The notes below the pieces were generated by a model, which was not told the DNA's origin, searched no databases, and saw only the letters and a list, made by a program, of their open reading frames with translations. The position numbers and the translations under genes were made by a program. A DNA stretch of 54,169 nucleotides, taken from positions 62,001 to 116,169 of the forward strand of contig CAUYUJ010000261.1 of assembly GCA_963575745.1 (NCBI GenBank), given 5' to 3'. Origin of the DNA: Prorocentrum cordatum (Eukaryota). The first letter of the stretch is position 1, and each line of letters begins with the position of its first letter. Below, in pieces: positions 36,063 through 51,860 of this stretch.

Positions 36063-36833
36063 GAACATTATTTATTCTAAAGAATAATTATTGTTGGGCC
36101 CCCTGGTGCGCGCCCCCCCTGCGCCGCCTAGGCCGCAGCTACATTTTCATCATTTTCGTGAGGAAGCCTCAGGTAAAAGATGTGTCAGGATCCGGTTGTT
36201 TTGTTGTAATCCGTTTTCCCTTGCAAAAAACACTATAAAATGACATTTCTTGTTCTAATATAATCAAATTTCAAGAATCCCTTGCAAAAAATAAGGTAAA
36301 GTGGACATTCGCGCGCGCAAGACGAAATCCTTCCAAAAGCTTAGTGTTCGGAGCGATTTTAACATAAAAACATCAAAAAACCAATGGTTTTTCAACAAAA
36401 AAATGTCAAAATCTCATCCCGCGCGCTCTTGCGGATTCGTAGGAAACCCAACACTTTTTAAACATTTCTGTCAAACGGGCTTTTGCGAGCAACTTTTTCG
36501 AACTTCTGCGACAACGGTTGCGCACCTGCCAGGGCCATCATCCCTGTCAAATAATACCATGCGGGACACATTCGTTTTTTCTTCGCGCGCGCACGCCGTC
36601 GTCGTCGGCCGCGGGGCCCTGAATAGTAGCCACGGTCGTCCGCATGCCACGAAGTGAAGTGTCCGAACGTCATAGGGCGGGAAGCTGGGTGTGGGTGGTG
36701 GCGAAGAGTCGTTTGGAAATTTGGTAGAGCTTGAACCGGCCCCCCCACAAAGTGGGGGTATTGCCCGCCTCCTATGAACACCCTGGCACTGGTGAGAACG
36801 GAGTGTCCCCACGTGCTAGTAATTGTTGTTGTT

Positions 36834-37505
36834 CCCTACCTAGGCTCTGCCTAGAAGGGTTCTTACTTTCTTTGCTAAAGGGGGCGGGAAGTGTAACCCA
36901 CCCCGGGCGGTTCCCCCGGTTGCGCCCCCCTGGTTCCCCCGGTTGCGCCCCCTGGGTTCCCCTAGCTTAGCTTAGCTTAACTTGCCTTACCTCAGCTTAG
37001 CTTAGCTTAGCTTAGCCTAGCTTAGCTTAGCTTAGCTTAGCTTATCTCATCTTAGCTTAGCTTAGTCTAGCCTAGCTTAGCCTAGCTTAGCTTACCTTAC
37101 CTTAGCTGACCTTAGCTTAGCTTAGCTCAGCTTATCTTAGCTTAGCTTTCCTTGTCTCATCTTAGCTTAGTTTAGCTCAGCTTAGCCTAGCTTAGCTTAG
37201 CTTAGTTTAGCTTAGCCTAGCCTAGCTTAGCTTAGCTTAGCGTAGTTTAGCTTAGCTTATCTTAGCTTAGCTTAGCTTAGCTTATCGCATGTTAGCTTAG
37301 CTTAGCTTAGCTTAGCTTAGCTTAGCTTAGCTTAGCTTAGCTTAGCTTAGCTTAGCTTACCGCTGCTTAGCTTCGCTTAGCTTAGCTTATCTCAGCTTAG
37401 CTTAGCTTAGCTTAGCTATCTTAGCTTAGCTTAGCTTAGCTTAGCTTAGCTTAGCTTAGCTTAGCTTAGCTTAGCTTTCCTAGGGGCTCCAACTGCTAGG
37501 TAGGG
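36834..37505. mobile_element. TIR-bounded element carrying a (CTTAG)n array (~36961-37476)
   Basis: CCCTACCTAG ... CTAGGTAGGG perfect 10-bp inverted termini; absent at the equivalent junction of the third copy. Confidence 0.6.
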
Positions 37506-38595
37506 TCGCGCTGGGATAATTGAACATTATTAATTCTAAAGAATAATTATTGTTGGGCCCCCTGGTGCACGCCCCCCCCGCCGCGCCTAGGCCGCAGCTA
37601 CATTTTCATCATTTTCGTGAGGAAGCCTCAGGTAAAACGATGTCATCCAGATCCGGTTGTTTTGTTCCCCCCCGCTTTCCCTATCACTACGGTTTCTTCG
37701 GTGCTCACTGCAGTACTGACTGGGGGGCGCCCCCCCCCGCCGCCGCCATTTTGAACTGATTTTGGCCGGCGAGCCCGCCGCCATTTTGTTGTTGCCTAGT
37801 TGCGATTACGATTGCGCCCGCGGGCGGGTTGAAATGTTTCGTCTGGTTGGGAGTTGAAAACATCGCACTTCCGCGTCACGCGGTGCGCTTTTTTAATAGA
37901 ATTGCAAATATTTCTCGGGAGAGTCCCACGCCCGCCTAAGATATAATGTGTTGTTATGTTCGATGTAGTTTTTTCAACGGATTGCAAAACGCAGCCCGCC
38001 GGAATAACTCCGCACTGGTCACAAGACGATTCGCCGCCAAATTTTTACGGGGAGTTCCAACTGATTTGAATTCGTTGGTTCGCCTTGCCGCCGTTTCTTT
38101 CGATACGTCAGTTGCTGTTTCAGGTTTTTTTCTCCGCCGCTCGCTTTTTTTCTGAAATGGAGTATGTTGTATTGCTTCCAGTGTGATCTTTCCCTTGCAA
38201 AAAACACTATAACATGAAATTTCTTGTTCAAATGTAATCGAATTTCAAGAATCCCTTGCAAAAAATAAGGTAAAGTGGACATTCGCGCGCGCAAGACGAA
38301 ATCCTTCCAAAAGCTTAGTGTTCGGAACGATTTCAACATAAAAACATCAAAAAACCAATGGTTTTTCAACAAAAAAATGTCAAAATCTCATCCCGCGCGC
38401 TCTTGCGGATTCGTAGGAAACCCAACACTTTTTAAACATTTCTGTCAAACGGGCTTTTGCGAGCAACTTTTTCGAACTTCTGCGACAACGGTTGCGCACC
38501 TGCCAGGGCCATCATCCCTGTCAAATAATACCATGCGGGACACATTCGTTTTTTGCGCGCGCACGCCTCTCTCTCAGTGTCTGTACCATGTCTAG

Positions 38596-38915
38596 CACTG
38601 GTAACAAAGGTATTTGTGTATCCCCACATCCGCCCAGGAATTCCACAAATGTGACCAACTATCTTGCGAGTACGTATCATCTCATGTGTGTCGTGCACAC
38701 TATCAAATGTAACAGAGTTGTGTATTCCCATCATCCCAGGAACTTGACCCAAAAATGTGACCAACTCCGCTCTCTCTGTCTCTCTCTCTGTCTGCTCTCT
38801 GTCTCTCTCTCTGTCTCTCTGTATTATGTATTGTATGGCACAATTGCACCATGCTGGGCACATGCGCGCCCCGAATAAGTGACCAAGTTCTGTGGGTGTG
38901 TACCCCACGCCAGTG
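38596..38915. mobile_element. Non-autonomous CACTA/EnSpm-like (CACTG-type) element
   Basis: CACTGG...CCAGTG termini, 3-bp TSD TAG, internal GTGACCAA x3; absent from sister copies, which read TAGTAGCCACGG. Confidence 0.7.
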
Positions 38916-41847
38916 TAGTAGCCACGGTCGTCCGCACGCCACGAAGTGAAGTGTCCCAACGTCATAGGGCGGGAAGCTGGGTTTGGGTGGTCGCGAAGAG
39001 TCGTTTGGATATTTGGTAGAGCTTGTAATGCCCCCCCACGAAGTGGGGGTATTGCCTGGTGTCGTATGAAAACCCTGGCACTGGGGAGAACACCACGCGT
39101 TCGGGTAAAATGATTGTTGTTGTTGATGTTGTTGTTGTTGAACATTATTACTTCTTAAGAATAATTATTGTTGGGGCCCCTGGTGCACGACCCCCCCGCC
39201 GCGCCTAGGCCGCAGCCTCATTTTCATCATTTTCGTGAGGAAGTCTCAGGCAAAACGGGGGTCCGGATCCGGTTGTGTTGTTACGATCGGTTTTCCCTTG
39301 CAAAAAATAAGCTAAAGTGGACATTTCTTGTTCTAACATAACCAAACTTCAAGAATCCCTTGCAAAAAATAAGGTAAAGTGGACATTCGCGCGCGCAAGA
39401 CGAAATCCTTCCAAAACCTTAGTTTTCGTAGCGATTTTAACATAAAAACATCAAAAAACCAATGGTTTTTCAAAAAAAAATGTCAAAATTTCATCCCGCG
39501 CGCTCTTGCGGATTCGTAGGAAACCCAACACTTTTTAAACATTTCTGTCAAACGGGCTTTTGCGAGCAACTTTTTCGAACTTCTGCAACAACGGTTGCGC
39601 ACCTGCCAGGGCCATCATCCCTGTCAAATAATACCATGCGGGACACATTCGTTTTTTCTTCGCGCGCGCACGCCGTCGTCGTCGGCCGCGGGGCCCTGAA
39701 TAGTAGCCACGGTCGTCCGCATGCCACGAAGTGAAGTGTCCGAACGTCATAGGGCGGGAAGCTGGGTGTGGGTGGTGGCGAAGAGTCGTTTGGAAATTTG
39801 GTAGAGCTTGAACCGGCCCCCCCACAAAGTGGGGGTATTGCCCGCCTCCTATGAACACCCTGGCACTGGTGAGAACGGAGTGTCCCCACGTGCTAGTAAT
39901 TGTTGTTGTTGTTGTTGAACTCTCATTCTTGAAGAATAATTATTGTTGATCCCCCCTCCGGTGCATACTGTTTTTTCTCAATCAAAGTGTGCCCCTCGAC
40001 GCTCGCACCCTGTTTATTGACAGGGAAAGTCTTGATGCTCAAACTGTGCCCCTGGCCCTCGGGTTACAACAACAACGGCTCCCGCTTCAGAATTCTTTAC
40101 AATTTAGCAAGGACCCCCGCTCCCGCCCGAGATTTCCTCGCATTTTATTCAGGAATCGCGCTCTCGCTTGGGACTTCCTTACAATTTATTCAGGAATCGC
40201 TCTCCCGGCGCTCTGAAGTCGCGCTTTCGCTGGAGACTTGCTTGCAATTTACCATAGAATAGCGCCCTTGCGTTGGACTTTCCTGCAACTTGCTAAAGCG
40301 CCGCGCTCCCGACATCCAGGCACCCAGGAGTCGCGCCCATTGTGGCCCCATGTGCATGCCCTTCGTGGCCCCGCTGTCGCCGTTTGTGGCCCCCTCACTG
40401 CCCTACGTGGCCCAGTTGCTACCCTCAGTGGCCCCATCGTTGCCTTCTGTGGCCCCGCATTATCTGCCCTTCGTGGCCCCCGCTCGTTCGCGCTCGTCGT
40501 GGCCCCATACGCATTCCCTTCGTGTCCCCGCTGTCGCCCTTCGTGGCCTACTTCGTGTCCTTCGTGGCCCTGCTGTCGTTCTCTCTCGCTCTCGCTTTCG
40601 CTCGTCGTCGCCGTCGTCGTCGACGTCGTCGTCGTCGTTGTGGTCGGTCCCCTGTCCGTCCCTCTTGGGGTCGGGTCGACGGTCCGCGGCCGCCCCGCCG
40701 ATCAGCGCTGCCGCTGGCCAGGACGACCGTCCGCGGCCGCCCCGCCGCTTGCCGGGGCCCGACCTGCAGGGAAGAACGGTATACCCCCCAAGAGGGGTTC
40801 GATCGAAGACGAAGAGGGAGGGTATCGAGGGTTTGGGAAATACGCGTGATTGGACACTCGAGCAGATAAGGGCGAACAGTCTTAAAACGGTTGTTGTTGT
40901 TGATGTAATTCCTGTTGAAGATTCAATTCTAAAGAAAAGTATCTCTGATCTCCAGAAACGGTTCCGCGCGCTCTCGCCTCGACGCCGGCTACATTTTCTC
41001 TGAAAGCGAGGCTCCCGCTCGAGCGTTGGCTTGAGCTTAAATGTGGGCCCGTGGAGGCCCAGCTACGACAACAATAGCTCCTGCTCGATACTTCCTCACA
41101 AGTTAGCCCGAGACACCCTGGCCACGGAGGCCCCCGAACTCAGGAACGGCGCTCTCGCTCGAGACTTCCTCGCAAGTCAATTAAGTTGGCGGGCGGAGGC
41201 CAAGCCACGACGACAAGGGCTCCTGCTCGATACTTCCTCACGATTTACTCCGAGAGCCCCTGGCCAAGAAGGCCCCCGAACTCAGGAACGGCGCTCTCGC
41301 TCGAGACTTTCCCGTAATTCAGGCAAGTTGGTGGAGGCCCGGACACGGAGACAAGGGTTCCCGTTTGATATTTCTCCATAGGTATTCCGAGAGCCGAGGC
41401 CCCCGAACTCAGGAACGGCGCTCTAGCTCGAGACCTCCTCGCACTTCAATCAGTGGCCGACAAGGAAGAGATTCCCCCCGAAAGGGGGTACAATCGAAGA
41501 CGAAGTGGGCGGGTATCGAGGATTGGGGTATACAGAATGCAAGACTTGCGTGCCAGTAAGAGCGAACAGTATTAAAATCATTGTCGTGTTTGTTGTTGTT
41601 TTTATTATTGTTGTTGCTGGCTACTCACGACTGAAACATCATTATTGTTGACCCCCTTCTGGGGCACATTGAGTTTTCAATTGAAGTGCCCTTCCTGGGG
41701 CTCGCATCCTGTTTTTGATCTGGCAAAGGCTTGGGTCCCAGAATTGGGTTGTTAGCCCTTGGTTTGCAATAAAAGCAGCTCCGCATGATACTTCCATACA
41801 ACTTATTGTAGTGGCCTCCGGCCAGTGCCGCCGATCTGGGGCGCTCC

Positions 41848-44050
<2,203 letters not shown>

Positions 44051-47000
44051 GGGAGCTGGCAGGGTGGGGGGAGGTGCCGAGCACATAATTCGTCAGGTAA
44101 TTACGTCCCCCCCCCTCCCTCCCTGGCAGGGTGGGGGAGGTGCCGAGCACATACTTCGTCAGGTAATCACGTCCCCCCCCCTCCCTCCCTCCCAAGCAGA
44201 GTGAAAGCTCATGCTGAAGCAGAGCTTCAGCGTAGACTTCTTAAACTCACACGCCGGGTCGGCGGATTTCCAGCTCGCGCTCTCGCGCGAGACTCCTCCA
44301 TAATTCATACAGGAATCGCGCTCTCGCGTGGGACTTCCTCGCAATTTGCTCAGACGCCGCGCCCTCGACACTCAGGAATAATTTTCTCGCTGTGGGTTTC
44401 CGCACGACTTATTTGGGAATCGTCCAGACTTCCTCGCGATTCATGTAGCAATCACGCTTCAGCAACCCGCCTACTCGACCTGGCCGCTTGGGCCAGGCCA
44501 CCCTTCCCGACCCGCCCGTCCGGGTCTACCCACCCGATTTGCCCGTCTGGTTCTGCCACGTGTTTTCTGTTTCTAGCTCCCCTGCTTCTATTCTCTCTCG
44601 TGCTGCATCCTCCCCCCTCTCCCTTGTCCTTTCCTTCCATCCGTCCTCTCTTCTCCTGCCTGAGATGCTGCACGAAATACACGTTGCAGGTAATAAAGGT
44701 ATATACCCCCAAAGGGGGTACGATCGAAGACGAAGGGGGCGGGTATCGATGGTTTTGGGATATACGTGTTGTATGGCCCGCAATCAGAGAAGAGTGAACA
44801 GTCTTAAACTGATTGTTGTTGTTGGCGGTGTTGTTGGTGTTGTTGGTGTTGTTGGTGTTGTTATTGTTGTAGTTGTTGCTGCTGTTGCTGCTGCTGTGTT
44901 TGCTGTTGTTGGTGTTGTGTTCTCTTAGGTGTATGTTGGAAGTCATGTTGAGCCATCTTGACCTCTCTTGTGCCATTTTGGAGGCCATCTTAGGCTATCG
45001 GGGACCACCCTGGGCCATCTTGCACGCTCTGCCCGTTCGCACCCCGCCCCTCCCATCCAGCGGAGAAGATAGGGTTGGAACAAGTATTTCTGAGAGAAGC
45101 ACTCTTTGGGGTCATCGATGTCAGTACCAGTTGCCACGAAACGACGACCCGTACGAAACAAGCGCCAGTGTGTTCAGAACGTCGGAGCAGCTTGCAAATT
45201 ATCGCTGAAGTGTTTAACGTTGCCCTCGAGAGGATCAGGAGGTCAATTATGTCATGGTGTGACAGTTGCGAGGTCACGTTTTGCGCATGCCAATCGTGTG
45301 GGGTGGCCCGACCAGGACGATATGGGCGGCGGGCGCTTCTTCTCGTAGCTCATGTTGTGCTCTGCGGTCGTGCGTCTCGAAGGTACAGATCGCAGGGACG
45401 CGTATTCTTAGTGGCTTCAAGTCCAGGGTTCGCCAGGGACTGGCTTCCCTTCCAAACAGCCGAAGCCCCCCCGAAACCCTCAGCAAACCCTCTGGGAAGG
45501 ATTCCGGTGGGCTTCTCGGAGAGTTCCGGGGGGAGGGTCTGGAAGGCTTGCCCTCGTTTCCGGGCGAGACCCGTCCCTGGCGAACCCCTGGGGCTTCCTG
45601 AGCTTCCATGGGCACCCCGCCATTGCCCACCCAGCAGGCAGCCCTGTCCGATCCCCGCCCCCCCCCCGCGCGCCGCGCCCAGACCGACCCCTCCCCGCGC
45701 GCCCCGTGGGAAACCGCCCGCCGGCCTCCCCAACGCGGGCACCCCCCCCGAGCCGATGCGGCCGACAGCCTCGTCCGACCCACCCCCACCCCTGGCGAGT
45801 CGGGTCTGCGGAGACACAGGCGGTGCCGGTGGGCGGGTGCAGGTGGCTCGGCGACTCGAGCGCTAGAGATGCGTTTTGGGACACGCAGTCTCCCCTCTTC
45901 CCTTTCCCCGGCTACCCTCTACCCCATCCCATCCCCCCACTCCGATCCTCCTCCTCATCCGCCTCCCTCCTCCTCCTCCTCCTCCTCCTCCTCCTCCTCC
46001 TTCTCCTCCTCCTCCTCTTACTCTGACTTCTCCTCCTCTTCCTCATCATCATCACCACCACAATCATCAGTATTGTCATCATCATCGTCACCGTTGTTAT
46101 CGTCACCATCACCGCCGCCGCCGTCGTCATCCCCACCATATCTAATCATCAGCAGCAGCATCATCATCGTCATCGACATCGTCATCGACATCGTCATCAT
46201 CGTCATCGTCATCATCAGCAGCATCATCATCAACATCATCATTGTCATACGCATTGCCGTCGTCGTCATCATCAGCATTACCATCAGCATCAATATTCTT
46301 GTCATCGCCAGCATCATCATCTTCACCAGCATCATCAGCATCGCCGTCACCATCATCAACATCATCAGCATCATCATGTTCATCCTCCTCATCTTCACAT
46401 CCCCCTGCGAGAGTTTGAGTTTTCTTGAGCGACGTGTGGGATGTCGCTCTTCGCCTCTTCGACCAGCGTAGTACGACCGACCTGCATGCATCTCGGATCG
46501 TGCACTCACTGCAACGCAAACGACCCAACATGAAAACCAGCACCCCCAAAGCCTCCAGAACTAATGTCACGCTGGGGAACATGGCTCGCACGGTGATGCA
46601 TCATCGTTGGTGGTTTTGGTCTTCCGCTGTTTGTTTGGTGTTGGGTGGTCACACGTTCTGATCGACAAGGTCTGTATGACACGGCACTCTGTCAGGCTTT
46701 CGGGCGCGCCAGGGATTTAATAGTTGGCCGTTCCTGCCAGAGACACAGGCCACATTGCAGGGCAGTCTTAATCACTTGCGTTTGCAAGGAGTGGAGGGCC
46801 CTTCCAGTTACCCAGGCGAGTTCGGACTCTGCGAGTTCGGGCTCATCGCAACGCTCGCCTGGGCCACGAAGATCACAGAGGAGATCGTACACTTGCCCAC
46901 CAAGGGTGGAGTAGGGAGCTTGCGGAAGCCTCTCCTCGGCAAGTAGGGCAGGCAGGCTAAGTGTTCTGTCTGACTAGGCCTTTGCGACTGCCTTGGCATG

Positions 47001-48809
47001 CGTAGTTGAATATGTTCGCGATCATGCATCCTTTGGGCAGAGAGCCATTGCCATTGCAGGCGTAGTGATTTTTCCAGTTTGAAATGGAGCGTGCCGTCCT
47101 TCAACGTTCAGCACCTTGTCATGTTGAGTCCATGGGGAGGAGCATTGAAAGATGATGGGTTTTACAAAAGCGCTTGATGTTGCCGTTTGTCTTATTGCTC
47201 GCGACCCCTTGACACTCCAACATTGCCGCGCTGGGGATGTTTTCGGACTTACGTGGGGAGGGTGTTCAGCTTGTCATCCCAGTCAGCTGGAAGTTCCAGA
47301 CCCGCTTTGTCACAAACACCGAAATAAAGAGAGAGAGAGAGAGATCACAAGCAGTGGCCGGGAGTGGTCTGGCAGGGCACTTGCGCAATTGTTTGCACCT
47401 ACACTCCTGCCCCTACCCTCCTGGCATCCCTCGCCTCTTCAGGCTGGCGGGATTGATGCCGGTTTCCCCCTCCATGGACGCATTGCCAATGTCGCAGCTA
47501 ATGCATCATCGGAGGCGTGATCACGGTTACCGCATGCATATGTTTATGTATATGTATACATACATACATATATGTGTGGTCCCGGTATATCTACCGATCG
47601 AATGCAGTGTCGGTCTTAGTTTCTCTTTCAGCCGATCTTGCAATCAATCGATCAGTTGAGGACACTACCTGTCGGATTACAAATTGTCAACCAATTTTGC
47701 TATCAATCAACCTGTTGGTACCACAGAGCATCTAACTTTACACGGTCAATCAATATCAATACATACATACCGTTTCCCCACACATGAGTCTACATGCGGG
47801 CACGACTCTTCATGATCAGTCTTCTGTTGCGGCTGTTCCTCTTCCTCTTCCTCTTCCTGTGTTTCCGCCTCCTCCTCATCGTCTTCCGCCTGCTGTGAAA
47901 GGAGGAGGAGGAGGAGGAGGAGAGGAGGAGAAACCGGCGCGGCACGTGAAAACTATTGCGTTTTCCAGGTGTCCCAGATCTTGCGACTGACAGTAGATGT
48001 GTTGTTTGTATGTCACAAGTTTTCAAAGTTGCGGAAACACTGAAACGCTGCGTTTGATGTTTGATGTCAGGTTTATGCTTTTCGCATTTGAGATTTCTTG
48101 CATAGACTGCGCAGGCTGGGTGAGCAGGACGTTCTAAACAAAGTAAGATATGATATTTTGGGAGAAACAGCGATCTGGTGCTTCCGAACATGTGAACAGT
48201 GGGAATATGACAACCCAAACCTGATTAGCACACTGTTTATCAGATGCCGCGCCTTTTTGTCTCTATCTTTTTTGTTGTTTCTCGGTTTCTCTCTCTCTCT
48301 CTCTCTTTTGTTTCTCTCTCTCTTTCTCTCTTTGCTTCTTTTTCTCTCCCTCTCCCTCCTCTTCCATTCCACATGCCTCGGTTTCTCTCTCTCTCTCTCT
48401 CTTCCCATAACCTTCTGCCCTCACTCCCTTGCCCCCAAAACAGCTGACCTCATTGTTCACATGTTTGTCATGTTCCTTGCGCGTGACGGAAAATGTGAAT
48501 AGCAGTGTTTCGTGGTATTCTTGCTTCGTTAGATCCGAGGGGGGAGGATGAGAAGCAGGTAAAGGAGGTTGGGGATAAGGAAGAGATGTTGGAGGAACAG
48601 GGGCCAGAGGAGGACGGCCAAGAGGAGGGGCATTCATTTGTCGTTTTCTTCGTCGTCCTCCCACCGTCCTCATTATTCTTGCCCCCACCATTGTCGTTCC
48701 CCTCCCCCCCCCTGCCCTTCCTCATCGTCATCATCCCCCTCCCCTTCGTCCTGCTCCTCCCCCTTCCCCTCGTCCTCCTCCTTTTCCTCCCCGTCCTCCA
48801 GGGCCAAGG

Positions 48810-49480
48810 GAAAGATGGAAGCAGGTGGAGGAGACGGAGACACAGGAGGCAGAGAGCGACAACAGCAAGGACCAGATATCACGGCAACGGTCAGCAGCCT
48901 ACAAAGGTTGGCCTTGACGAGCGCAAGCCCGATCAAAGACATCTTGCACCCGAGCGAAGATTCCTGGCTGACCGATGCGAAAGTGGAACCTGTCAGGAGA
49001 GCGCTGGACGCCGGTAAGGTGCACCGAGTAAGGGTCAGAGGAGCAGGACAAGGACACAAATATGGCCCTCCGCATGCGCAGGTGGTGATTTCGCAAGCAG
49101 AGGGCTTGCAGGAGCTCGCGGAGAACCTTTGCGGAGAGAGGGGGCTTGCGGAAGGAAATGGGCTGGGCGAAAGAAGTACTGACATTTTGGATGTTGCTTG
49201 TCAGCACCAGCAAGAAGGGCCTGACGATCACATAAAGCTTTCTCATGTGCAAGGTGGCGGAAGCAAGCGGAAAACGAAAGGCTCGGAGAGAGCAGACAAA
49301 GCGGCGAGCGCGGGGACGATCACGTTGGCAGGCAACTTCGCGCCACAGTTCAGAGTCGCATTGGCCGCAGCAGGAGTAGAAGAAGGAAGCAGAGGTGGAG
49401 AAGCCAGACAGGTTCAGAGGGCACCACCTTCGGCAAGCAACACGCAGCATCCTGGCCAAGACGGGGGCGACGGGATCAGC
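48810..49480 (+). pseudogene. Decayed coding relic, possibly retroelement ORF1-like
   Basis: Non-repetitive open frame containing GHKYGPPHAQV and RAPPS; no catalytic motif or clear start recognised. Confidence 0.3.
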
Positions 49481-50189
49481 GGGGGCAGGACCACGCACAG
49501 AGCTGGAGAGAGCAGAGGAAGGCCAGCTGCGCGCGTCGCCCAAGAAACTATGCGAGCCAGGGCAGTGAAAGCGGCTCGCCAGAAGACAGCACAGGCCAGC
49601 TCCACAGCAATATGCAGGGCCCGCCGACGCAGCCGGCTTAGCCCAGTCGGCCGCCCAGAACGAGGACCCCACTCCAACAAACGGCACATTGGAGCAGAAG
49701 ATTGCAGACGAGTTCAGACGATATCAGGGTGTCAAGGTGCTCTTTTTGTCCAGGCAAGCGTCCACGAAACGCGCGCTCTCTCTCTCTGTCTTTCTTGTAT
49801 TAGATACATGTCCTTCTCATATGTTTTGTGATAGTATATGATAGGATTATCGTACATGTGTATATAATTATATTTCTATACAGATATGTATACATCCGAC
49901 TATATTATATTATGCTCTAGCCTTCCGATTCTATTCATATATTTTCACCGGGCCGTGGACCCCAGAAAAAGGTCCCCCCTTCCCCCCCCCCTAACGAATG
50001 TGGCCCACCCTGGGCCTTTCGGGCAACCCTCCTGACGACCCGGGAGAAGCCCACGAGAGCCCGAAGACGGCCCCAGAGGGCTCCAGGCGTTCCGGCGCCT
50101 TCCCGAAACGACACCAGAGAGTCCCAAGACGGTCCACGACGACCCCAAAGAAGTCGTCAAATCCTCAAAGATCGCTCCAAAACGTCCCA

Positions 50190-50720
50190 ACGATTGTCGC
50201 GATGGCTGTCACAATAACTGTTCCGATGGCTGTCCCGATAAGTGTCCTGCCTGTTGTCCCGATGATTACTCCGATGCTTGTCCAACCGGTGATCGACCCG
50301 ATGGGTGGTTGTCCCGCAGGTTGTCCCAATGGTTGTCCCGATAGATGGTTGTCCCAACGTTTGCCCCGATGGCTGTCTCGATTTTTTTGCCGATAGCTGT
50401 CTCGATGGTTGTCCCGATAGCTGTCCCGATGATGGTTGTCCCGATAGTTCTCCCGGTAGATGGTAGATGATTGTCCCGACAAAGCGGCTGTACCAATAGA
50501 TGGCAGTCCAGATAGATGGTTGGCCGGGTAAATAGTTGACCCGATAGACGGCTGTCATGCCAGTTGTCCCGATGGTTTTCCCGATGATTGCCCCGCGGTT
50601 GCCCTGGTGGTTATCCCGATGGTTGCCCCGATATTTCCGCCGATGGCTGTCCCGATGCTGTATGATTGTCCCTGTGGTTGCCCCGTTGATTGTGCTGGTG
50701 TTTGTCCCGATGGCTGTCCT
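50190..50720. repeat. 12-bp minisatellite (GGTTGTCCCGAT)n
   Basis: Directly visible. Confidence 0.9.
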
Positions 50721-51599
50721 GAAAGATAGACACTGATATCGATTGATATAGTGAAGGCGAGATCGATACAGATATAGTGAGACCGATCGAAAGGCAGACA
50801 GACCAGAAATGTGCATATATACATTGTGATACACTGACAAATTATGAGACCAGTGAATGGATTACACAATGACAATGCGACCGGTAGTGAGACCGATATA
50901 AGAAAATCTCATTGAATATAGTACAGCATGATATAATTCAAGACTGCGTTGGCGCTTCGCGCCATGCTCCTTGGTCCTTGAAGTTTGGCATGCAGGCTGA
51001 ATGGCAGGAAGGTCAAGCCGACAATTTAGCGATAACTCCTTGTTGCCTTTTCCGGCATCGCCGTTATAATCATGTTACTCGTTATCTTTCCTCCATTGTT
51101 TCATTCTCGCCATACCCTGCCCATTCTCCCCATCCTTCTCAGCTCTTTTTGCGGAGGATCATCCTCGGAGAGCCTTTGGGGACCTCACAACAGTTTTTCA
51201 GGCGTTCTTAAAGCCTTTTGGGGGCCTCCTGGGCGTCTTCTGCGGGCCTCTGGGGGCTTCTTCTCGCCATCCTGCCTCCAACCGCCGTCTCCCTGAACGA
51301 CCGGGTCACGATTTGGAATGCTTCGGAGGGCATCTTAGGGCCATCTTGGCCATCATGGGGCTCTCTTAGGCCATCTTGGAGCCTTGTTGTGCCGTCTCGG
51401 GGCTCTCTTGAACTGTCTGGAAGCTCTTTCCGATTGTTGTGGGGCGATTTTCGAGCCTCCCAGGCAGCTTGGGACGCCCAGAAGACCGCCGTCTTAAAGC
51501 GTCGGGAAGCCGAAAAGAGAACCCCCAAATTCAAGGACAAACAAATGAAAATCTATGATTTTTGCATCTTGGGTGCTTCGTCGGAGTGCTCCTGGACCA

Positions 51600-51860
51600 G
51601 CGGGACAACTATCTATCGGGTCGGGACAACCATCGGGACAAGCATGGGACAACCGACGGGACAGCCAACGTGACAAGCATCGGGACAACCATCGGGATAA
51701 CCATCGGGACAAACATTGGGACAACCATCAGGATTACCATCGGGACAACCAGCGGGACAGCCAGCGGAACAACCATCGGGACAACCATCGGAAGAACCAT
51801 CGGGGCATTCATCAGGACAACCATCAGGACAACCATCGGAACAACCTTCGGGACAGCCGG
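51600..51860. repeat. Same 12-bp minisatellite inverted, (ATCGGGACAACC)n
   Basis: Reverse complement of the 50190-50720 unit. Confidence 0.9.

Larger units (their letters stand above)
36061..39914. repeat. Three head-to-tail copies of a ~775-bp AT-rich element (36061-36833, 37520-39137 with insertions, 39138-39914), each ending in (GTT)n
   Basis: Long near-identical blocks, e.g. AAAGTGGACATTCGCGCGCGCAAGACGAAATCC; duplicated ORFs in the track at 36458 and 39535. Confidence 0.93.

Noticed and set aside
36961..37476. Interstitial telomere
   Set aside because: The unit is CTTAG, not the TTTAGGG reported for dinoflagellates, and it is enclosed by inverted termini.
36301..39889. Repeated ~110-aa ORFs in the 775-bp units
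   Set aside because: Overlapping on both strands, variable ends, no recognisable motif; a by-product of repeat identity.
46440..47510. Unique coding-like sequence (also ~17130-17630, 25510-25850, 53090-53900)
   Set aside because: Fragmented frames with no motif I can identify; the faint LLNQTERQMLD resemblance to a LINE C-terminus near 53800 is too weak to call.
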